Made by a program: the position numbers and the translations under genes. From assembly GCA_041483195.1 (NCBI GenBank), contig JBGPFC010000059.1, forward strand, positions 1 through 12,744: a stretch of DNA of 12,744 nucleotides. Reading direction: 5' to 3'. The stretch comes from Candidatus Eiseniibacteriota bacterium (GTDB lineage Bacteria; Eisenbacteria; RBG-16-71-46). The notes under the pieces were generated by a model. It worked only from the letters and a program-made list of their open reading frames with translations, was not told where the DNA came from and made no database searches. Positions 1 to 6,711 of this stretch are shown here, piece after piece (positions within the stretch are counted from its first letter, which is position 1; the number at the start of each line of letters is the position of its first letter).

Positions 1-875
<875 letters not shown>

Positions 876-917
876 GGTCACGAACCCCGGTTCGTTAGAG
901 TTGAGAGAGGGCGGCGA

Positions 918-1463
918 TCAGACGCCGACCTCGATGAGCTGATGCGAAATCGTGTCGAGCAGGGTGCGCACCGAGCGGTCCATGACGCGGTCGCCGATGC
1001 GGACCATCGCGCCCCCGAGCAGCGCGGGATCCACGCGGGTCCCGAGCTTGATGCGGCTGCCGGTCGCGCGCTCCAGCTCGCGGTGGAGCCGGTCGAGCTC
1101 GACCTTCTGGAGCGGCACCGCGCTCCACACCACGGCGCGCTGCACGCCCTGCGACTTCTCGACCCGCGCTTCGAACTCCTCGACGATGGTCGCGAACTCG
1201 GCGAGCCGCTTCTTGCGCAGCAGCAGGTCGAGAAACACGGCGACGGTGCGCACCACGCGGCCTTCGAGCGCGCCGCCGAGCGCCTTCAGCTTCACGGCGA
1301 GCCGCACCTCGGGCGACGCGAGAAACTGCCCGACCCGGGTGCGGGGCGCCACCACCTCGAGCAGGGCCTTCAGATCCGCGAGCGCGCGAGTCGTCTCGCC
1401 GCGCTTCTCGGTGATGAGGAAGAGCCCGTGCGCGTAACGGCCGGCGACGATCGAGTCTCTCAA
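918..1463 (-). CDS. atpH: F1Fo ATP synthase subunit delta (about 181 aa)
   Basis: 3' part of ORF 918..1874. Sequence (L)RDSIVAGRYAHGLF...VDPALLGGAMVRIGDRVMDRSVRTLL matches the delta/OSCP signature. The probable TTG start (1463-1461) overlaps the atpF TGA stop as TTGA, consistent with translational coupling. Confidence 0.95.
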   Translation of the reverse strand: MRDSIVAGRYAHGLFLITEKRGETTRALADLKALLEVVAPRTRVGQFLASPEVRLAVKLKALGGALEGRVVRTVAVFLDLLLRKKRLAEFATIVEEFEARVEKSQGVQRAVVWSAVPLQKVELDRLHRELERATGSRIKLGTRVDPALLGGAMVRIGDRVMDRSVRTLLDTISHQLIEVGV

Positions 1464-1948
1464 CGCAACGCCCCCAGTTCGTCGATGAACTCGCCCGCCA
1501 GCTTGCGCTGCGCGGGATCGTCGAGCTTCGCGCGCAGGATCTTCTCGGCGGTGCGGATCGAGAGGTGCACCACCTGCTGCTTGAGCAGCTCCCGCGCCTT
1601 CTCGCCCTCGCGCACGATCTCGTCCTGCGCGCGCGCGAGCCGGGTGGCGGCGTCGGCCTGGGCCTGGGTCTTGATCTCGGCCGCCACCTGCTGGCCCTCG
1701 GCGACCGCCTCCTGCAGGCGCTGGCGCGCACGGGCCTCGATCCCGCGCAGCTCCTGTTCGAAGCGGCCCTTCAGCTCGTCGGCCTCGGCGCGGGCACGCT
1801 CCGCCGCCGCGAAGTCGGTGACGATCTTCGCGCGACGCGCCTCGAGAATCTGGAGCAGCGGGCCGAACGCCCACTTGCGCAACGCCCAGATCAGGATCAG
1901 AAAGCCCAGGATCTGGGTGACGACCAGGCGTAGATCGATGAGATTCAT
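1460..1948 (-). CDS. atpF: Fo ATP synthase subunit b (162 aa)
   Basis: N-terminal TM helix (QILGFLILIWALRKWAFGPL), then LEARRAKI and a long Ala/Glu/Arg coiled coil ending in AEKIL. GGGGGAG SD upstream. Lies between c and delta. Confidence 0.96.
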   Translation of the reverse strand: MNLIDLRLVVTQILGFLILIWALRKWAFGPLLQILEARRAKIVTDFAAAERARAEADELKGRFEQELRGIEARARQRLQEAVAEGQQVAAEIKTQAQADAATRLARAQDEIVREGEKARELLKQQVVHLSIRTAEKILRAKLDDPAQRKLAGEFIDELGALR

Positions 1949-2023
1949 GTGCTCCCCCGCGGCCGCGCGGCCGGATCCCGAAGCGGGCGGACCCGGCGAC
2001 TCACGCCGATCGGACCCGCGTGC

Positions 2024-2257
2024 CTACTTGATCAGCCCGTTCAGCATGAGCATCGCGACGAACGCATAGATCGTGAGCGCCTCGGCGAGCGCGGCCACGA
2101 TGATCATGTTGATCTGGATCTTGCCGGTCGCCTCGGGCTGGCGGCCGATCGCCTGCATGGCGCCCGACCCGATGAGGCCGAGCCCTATTCCGGAGCCGAT
2201 CGCGGCGATGCCGATGCCGAGCGGGAGACCGAGCGCCAACGCTGCCTGGAAATTCAT
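2024..2257 (-). CDS. atpE: Fo ATP synthase subunit c (77 aa), probably H+-coupled
   Basis: ATG at 2257 with AGGAGG SD. Glycine motif GSGIGLG, loop RQPE, ion-binding Glu in ALAEALTIY. The ORF-track start at 2305 lies inside atpB and is unlikely. Confidence 0.98.
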   Translation of the reverse strand: MNFQAALALGLPLGIGIAAIGSGIGLGLIGSGAMQAIGRQPEATGKIQINMIIVAALAEALTIYAFVAMLMLNGLIK

Positions 2258-2276
2258 GGGTTCCTCCTGTGAAGGA

Positions 2277-3647
2277 TCAGTGGGCCGGATGCGCTGCTTC
2301 CTCATGCCCGTGTTCTTCGTGGGGCAGCATGAGGAGGATGTAAATGGTGCTGAGCACGGTGAACACGAACGCCTGCAGGCCGCTGGTGAGCAGCACCAGC
2401 GGGAAGAAGATCGCGTGCATCGGCATGCCGATCGGCAGATGCGCGAACGACAGCATCCCGATGCCGAGCGTTGCGAAGCCCACCATCAGCATATCCTCGC
2501 CGAAGATGTTGCCGAAGAGACGGCACGAGAGCGAGATCGGCTTGGCCAGCTCGCCCAGCACGTGGATCGGGAACATGAGCGGCGCGAGGATCCAGCCGGT
2601 GAGATTGCGCGGGCTGCCGAGCATGTGGTCGAGGTAGCCCACCACGCCGAGGCTGCGGACGCCGACGTACTGGACGTACACGAACACCGTGAGGCCCAGC
2701 GCGAAGGTGACGCTCAGGTTCGAGGTCGGCGAGTCCATGAGCGGGACGATGCCGAACAGGTTCATGGCGAAGATGTAGACGAAGATCGCGCCCAGGAACG
2801 GGAAGAAGCGCGGGCCATGGCTGGGCCCGAGGATCCCCACCACGAAATCGTAGAGCTGCTCGACCAGCGCCTCTGCGCCGTTCTGGAGCGGCCCCGGGAC
2901 CATCTGCGGGTTGCGGCTCGCGATGAATCCCACGACGCACAGCATGAGGCCGACGAACAGCGCGAACACCACCGCCTCGTAGTGATGGAGCACCTGCGCC
3001 CAGCGCTGGTGCGGAAACGCGCGCGTGACCAGCTCGAGCGCGTTCGGGAATTTCTGCGAGCCGGATTCCTCCTGGCCTTCTGCCTTCGCGACCGCCCCTT
3101 CGACTTTCGCGGCGGCCTCCGCCCCCTGCATCGCCCCCGCCACCGCGGGGGTCGCGGCGCGGCCGCTCGCGGACGCCGCGCGCTCGGTGCGGAACGCCGC
3201 GGGCAGCGCCCACCACGCGATCACGAGCAGCGCGGCGATCAGCGCCGCCGCGCGCCACGGGCTGCGCGTGAGCGCCGCCCATGCGCGGCTCTCGAGCACC
3301 GCGCGCGAGCCGGCCTTGAACACGATCGCGAGCAGCGGCAGCGAGAATCCGGCGGTGAGCCACAGAGCGGGCGTGTGGAACAGCAGCCATGCGCCCGCCG
3401 GGACCAGCGCGAGCAGACCCAGGAGGGCGAAGCCCGCGCGGCGCGCCGCGGGGGGAAGCATCGGCGCGGGCGAGATCACCGAGACGATCAGCGTCTGGAG
3501 CAGCGCGAGATTGATCAGCGACCACGCCGCGCCGCACGCGAGGCCCAGCCCGGCGAGCGGCGTGACGTAGGTCGCGACGATCAGCGTCGCGATCGCGGCC
3601 GCGGCCAGCGACACGCGGCGGACGCGAACCAGAAACTCGAGGCCCAT
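2277..3647 (-). CDS. atpB: Fo ATP synthase subunit a with an N-terminal AtpI-like membrane domain (456 aa)
   Basis: The C-terminal ~240 aa carry subunit-a motifs: PGPLQN, MNLFGIVP, SPTSNLSVT, KPISLSCRLFGNIFGED (essential Arg) and LQAFVF. The first ~115 aa hold four hydrophobic segments including GAAWSLINLALL. There is no in-frame stop between the two parts. Confidence 0.95.
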   Translation of the reverse strand: MGLEFLVRVRRVSLAAAAIATLIVATYVTPLAGLGLACGAAWSLINLALLQTLIVSVISPAPMLPPAARRAGFALLGLLALVPAGAWLLFHTPALWLTAGFSLPLLAIVFKAGSRAVLESRAWAALTRSPWRAAALIAALLVIAWWALPAAFRTERAASASGRAATPAVAGAMQGAEAAAKVEGAVAKAEGQEESGSQKFPNALELVTRAFPHQRWAQVLHHYEAVVFALFVGLMLCVVGFIASRNPQMVPGPLQNGAEALVEQLYDFVVGILGPSHGPRFFPFLGAIFVYIFAMNLFGIVPLMDSPTSNLSVTFALGLTVFVYVQYVGVRSLGVVGYLDHMLGSPRNLTGWILAPLMFPIHVLGELAKPISLSCRLFGNIFGEDMLMVGFATLGIGMLSFAHLPIGMPMHAIFFPLVLLTSGLQAFVFTVLSTIYILLMLPHEEHGHEEAAHPAH

Positions 3648-3664
3648 GGTGAGAGAGTGCCCGG

Positions 3665-3919
3665 TCAGGGGCGCCCTTCGCGCTCCTCTTCTGCCTGATG
3701 ACGGCGGTAGATCAGGTAGGTCTCACGGCCGGCGGCGGCGAAGCCCAGCATCAGCCCGAGGATGCCGAACCAGGGTGCGGACTTCAGCCATCGATCCACC
3801 AGGCTGCCCAGGAAGTACCCGACGAGGGGCGCGACGATGAGCAGCGTGGGGATCGCGAGCAGCATTCCGGCGCTCCGCAGGGCCGAGTAGTCCGATTTCG
3901 TCCGCCGCGGCTCCGACAT
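3665..3919 (-). CDS. AtpZ/AtpI-family ('ATPase gene 1') small membrane protein (84 aa)
   Basis: ATG at 3919 with GGAG 8 nt upstream. The pattern GYFLGSLVDRWLKSAPWFGILGLMLGFAAAG is typical of the two-TM gene-1 family. It is the first gene of the atp operon. Confidence 0.9.
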   Translation of the reverse strand: MSEPRRTKSDYSALRSAGMLLAIPTLLIVAPLVGYFLGSLVDRWLKSAPWFGILGLMLGFAAAGRETYLIYRRHQAEEEREGRP

Positions 3920-3930
3920 GTCGCTCACTC

Positions 3931-3948
3931 CGGTGAAACTTTTCACAA
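3931..3948. promoter_or_regulatory. Putative Rex operator in the atp operon leader
   Basis: CGGTGAA-ACTT-TTCACAA matches the Rex consensus TTGTGAA-N4-TTCACAA at 12 of 14 positions. It lies between the predicted promoter and the first RBS. Confidence 0.65.
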
Positions 3949-3994
3949 GCGCCGTGCAAACGTCGCAGGATCAACGCATGCACAAAGCCGAAGC

Positions 3995-4023
3995 AATGTA
4001 GGGAAAGGGCTCCCCGGGGTCAA
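3995..4023 (-). promoter_or_regulatory. Sigma70-type promoter of the atp operon
   Basis: On the minus strand: TTGACC (4023-4018), 17-bp spacer, TACATT (4000-3995), about 75 nt upstream of the first start codon. Confidence 0.75.
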
Positions 4024-4131
4024 CCGCAAAGTCGCCTTTCGGCCCGGATTCGCCGACCGGGCGATCACCTCTATATAGGCCGCCAGCCGGTGGCGATCGG
4101 AGCCCGGCGCGCGCCGGGCGGGCCCCGGCAC

Positions 4132-4161
4132 TTGGCCCGCCGCGCGCCCTGCCCCTATGCT
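4132..4161 (+). promoter_or_regulatory. Putative sigma70 promoter for the NUDIX-yajQ unit (leaderless or near-leaderless mRNA)
   Basis: TTGGCC (4132-4137), 18-bp spacer, TATGCT (4156-4161). The GTG start follows 8 nt later and no SD is visible. Confidence 0.5.
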
Positions 4162-4169
4162 GCGCGGCC

Positions 4170-4694
4170 GTGTCCGCCATCAAGCCCACCCAGGTCGAGG
4201 TCCACGTGTTCCGGCGCAGCGGCCGGGCGGTCGAGTTCCTCTGCCTGAGGCGCTCGAAGCGGTCGCGTCTTCCCGGCGTGTGGCAACCCGTGACCGGCAC
4301 GCTGCGTCGCGGCGAGGGCGCGCTGGCCGGCGCGGCGCGCGAGGTGGGCGAGGAGACCGGGCTCGTGCCGATCAGGTGGTGGGCGCTCGAGAGCGTGTCT
4401 GTGTATTTCGACGGGCGCAGCGGGCTGGTTCACGCGCTGCCGATCTTCGCGGCGGAGGTGGGGGCGCGCGAAACGGCGAGGCTCTCGGCGGAGCACGACG
4501 CGGCTCGCTTCCTCCCGGCGCGCAGGGCCGCCGCGAGTTTTCTGTGGGACGCTCAGCGCCGCGCGCTCGAGGCGGTGCGGCGCGAGGTGCTGCGCGGCGG
4601 TGCGCTCGCGCGCGCGCTCGAGGTCACCAATCAACTGTTACGACGCACTCGCGCCAGAACGGCTCGGCGCGCCACGCGTCGCAAACCTTCATAG
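4170..4694 (+). CDS. NUDIX hydrolase, NudB (dihydroneopterin triphosphate diphosphatase)-like
   Basis: Intact Nudix box GTLRRGEGALAGAAREVGEETGL (GX5EX7REUXEEXGU), preceded by LRR...WQPVTG and followed by LSAEH, as in NudB-like proteins. Arg/Lys-rich C-terminal tail. Confidence 0.88.
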   Translation: MSAIKPTQVEVHVFRRSGRAVEFLCLRRSKRSRLPGVWQPVTGTLRRGEGALAGAAREVGEETGLVPIRWWALESVSVYFDGRSGLVHALPIFAAEVGARETARLSAEHDAARFLPARRAAASFLWDAQRRALEAVRREVLRGGALARALEVTNQLLRRTRARTARRATRRKPS

Positions 4695-4703
4695 GAGATT
4701 TCA

Positions 4704-5210
4704 GTGGCCAGCACGAACTCGTTCGACGTCACGACCGGCGTGGACTTCATGGAAGCGCACAACGCCGTGGATCAAGCCACCAAGGAGATCACGCAGCGTT
4801 ACGACTTCAAGGGACTCAAGATCACGATCGAGCTGAACCAGAAGGAGAAGACCATCACGCTCTCGGCGCCCGACGAGTTCAAGCTCAAGGCGGTGTGGGA
4901 CGTGCTGCAGGCCAAGATGGTGCGGCGCCAGGTGCCACTCAAGAATCTCAAGCCGGGCGTCGTCGATGCCGCGGCGATGGCGAGCGTGCGGCAGGTGATC
5001 GCGATCCAGGACGGCCTCACCGCCGACATGGCCCGCGAGGTCGCGCGCGTGATCAAGGACGCGAAGCTCAAGAAGGTGCAGGCCGCGATCCAGGGCGACA
5101 CCGTGCGTGTCTCGTCGGCCGACAAGGACGCGCTGCAGGGCGTGATCGCGCTGCTCAGGGGACAGGAGTTCGACTTCGAGCTGAAGTTCGGGAACTACCG
5201 ATCGAACTAG
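4704..5210 (+). CDS. yajQ: YajQ-family nucleotide/cyclic-di-GMP-binding protein (168 aa)
   Basis: Motifs SFDV, NAVDQA.KEI..RYDFKG, IKDAKLKKVQAAIQGD.VRVS and D.LQ.VIALL...F.NYR. AGGAG SD before the GTG start. Confidence 0.97.
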   Translation: MASTNSFDVTTGVDFMEAHNAVDQATKEITQRYDFKGLKITIELNQKEKTITLSAPDEFKLKAVWDVLQAKMVRRQVPLKNLKPGVVDAAAMASVRQVIAIQDGLTADMAREVARVIKDAKLKKVQAAIQGDTVRVSSADKDALQGVIALLRGQEFDFELKFGNYRSN

Positions 5211-6064
5211 CGATGGCGCGCGCGGAGGGGCGCGGCGATGGGCAGGATCGCGATCGCGGAGGCGATCTGCTGAGTGTCGGTCGAGCCCACGCTCCGCTCG
5301 CCGGCCGGGAGCCTGACGCGAAGGCCGGACTCGATGCCGCCGCTGAGATTCAGGGCCGCGGTGCAGCCGAGTCCGCCCTGCGCCTCGCTCTTCAGCATCA
5401 GCCCCGCGATGTCGTAGAGGTGGGCCTCGCCGGTCGCGATCAGCAGCAGTCGCCCCTGCTGATCGAGCCCGATGACCGAGCGGCGGTAGGGCGGAGACTT
5501 TCGCTCGATGAGGTCGATGCCGTTTTTCCCCGGCCGCTCGATGACGATCGGGCCGGACTGGATGGCCTGCGCGAAGACCCCGTTCTTGAAAGATGCCTTC
5601 GCGATGATGTCGGCGCCGTCCGGCCCCACGCAGAAGACACCACTCTGTGACGAGCTGCGCGCGTTGAGACCCGTGACGACCTTCCCGTCCTGCACCACCA
5701 GCCCCGCCGGAATCGGCAGGGAGTATGTCGCGGTGAAGCCGCCGTTGATCGCTGCGATCATCCGAGGGAATTTCTTCCAGACATCGAGCAGCGTGTAGGT
5801 GCGCGATTGCGTGGCCATCGGGGCGCGGAGGGCCGAGTACACGCCAATCACCTGCAGCTTCACCTGGGCAGGTTCGCAGCGCACGACGGAGACGCTCAGC
5901 GGGCTCTTCGGCTCGCCCACGTTGGGACTCCACTCCGCGTAGGAGACGCCGGGCGCCACCGTCGTCCACGTGATCTGCGCGAGCGCGGCGCCAGGGGTTG
6001 CGATCGGCAGTATGGCGACTATCGCGAGCGCCGCACCCAGACCGTGGCCACGTGACGCGCGCAT
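5207..6064 (-). CDS. Secreted phosphodiester glycosidase (NAGPA/DUF2233)-like protein (285 aa) with variant signature motif
   Basis: ATG at 6064 begins a signal-peptide-like stretch ending AALA-Q. Family motifs AAINGGF, GLVVQDGK, QSGPIVI, RSVIGLD and ALNLSGG are present. The ORF-track extension to 6259 overlaps the upstream gene. Confidence 0.82.
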   Translation of the reverse strand: MRASRGHGLGAALAIVAILPIATPGAALAQITWTTVAPGVSYAEWSPNVGEPKSPLSVSVVRCEPAQVKLQVIGVYSALRAPMATQSRTYTLLDVWKKFPRMIAAINGGFTATYSLPIPAGLVVQDGKVVTGLNARSSSQSGVFCVGPDGADIIAKASFKNGVFAQAIQSGPIVIERPGKNGIDLIERKSPPYRRSVIGLDQQGRLLLIATGEAHLYDIAGLMLKSEAQGGLGCTAALNLSGGIESGLRVRLPAGERSVGSTDTQQIASAIAILPIAAPLRARHR

Positions 6065-6072
6065 GCCGGGCC

Positions 6073-6606
6073 CTAGTCTTCGGGATTCTGCCGGTACACG
6101 AGCACCAGGCAGTCGCACGTGATCACGGCGTCGGGGTCGAGGATGCCGGGCGCGATCGTGATGCTGTGGACGTTGTCGCCCACCCCGGCGTCGAATCGAA
6201 GCTTCTCGGTGATGTCCGACTGGACGAAGCCGTCGGGGATCTTGCCGACGCGCTCCCACTTCTGGCCGTCGATCGATCCCAGGAGGCTCGCGTTTCCCAC
6301 CGCGCTCGCGTTGAGCGTGACCTTCACGGTCTGGCCCTTCATCGCATAGAAGAGGATCTGACGCGGCAGCCGATTGGCGTTGTCGAAGATCATCCCCGAC
6401 GAATAGCCCGCATCCACGCGCCGCGAGACCTGCTTCAGCACGTAATCGGACAGGCCGAACGCCTTGTCGAGGAACTGCGGGGTCAGGCCTTCGCGCCCCA
6501 GGAATCCCACGAAGATCGCGATGGCGCCGACCAGCGCGCTGGGGGCCATGCTGGCGAGAGCGGATGGGATGCTCTTCGCGAATCCTTGATCGGGATGGCG
6601 CGGCAC
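6073..6606 (-). CDS. Hypothetical protein with one N-terminal hydrophobic segment and a beta-rich C-terminal domain (177 aa)
   Basis: GTG at 6606 preceded by a strong SD, GGAGGTGA (6618-6611). Hydrophobic stretch ALVGAIAIFVGFLG and protein-like composition. It ends 8 nt before the next gene. No family recognised. Confidence 0.75.
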   Translation of the reverse strand: MPRHPDQGFAKSIPSALASMAPSALVGAIAIFVGFLGREGLTPQFLDKAFGLSDYVLKQVSRRVDAGYSSGMIFDNANRLPRQILFYAMKGQTVKVTLNASAVGNASLLGSIDGQKWERVGKIPDGFVQSDITEKLRFDAGVGDNVHSITIAPGILDPDAVITCDCLVLVYRQNPED

Positions 6607-6711
6607 GGTCTCACCTCCGGACTGCAGCGAGCCGACGAACCCGACCGGGATAGTGAATTCTCGTACGCCCAAGATCAAGGTCTGAGTGATCGGTGATCGG
6701 GCGCCTTTGGG

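Noticed and set aside
2280..2325. His/Glu-rich C-terminal tail of subunit a (PHEEHGHEEAAHPAH)
   Set aside because: Short His/Glu tails are common on bacterial subunit a, and nothing here supports a special metal-binding role.
4157..5969. ORFs 4157..5650 (+) and 4701..5969 (-)
   Set aside because: They are alternative-frame or antisense overlaps of the NUDIX, yajQ and NAGPA-like genes, with low-complexity Arg/Gly-rich translations.
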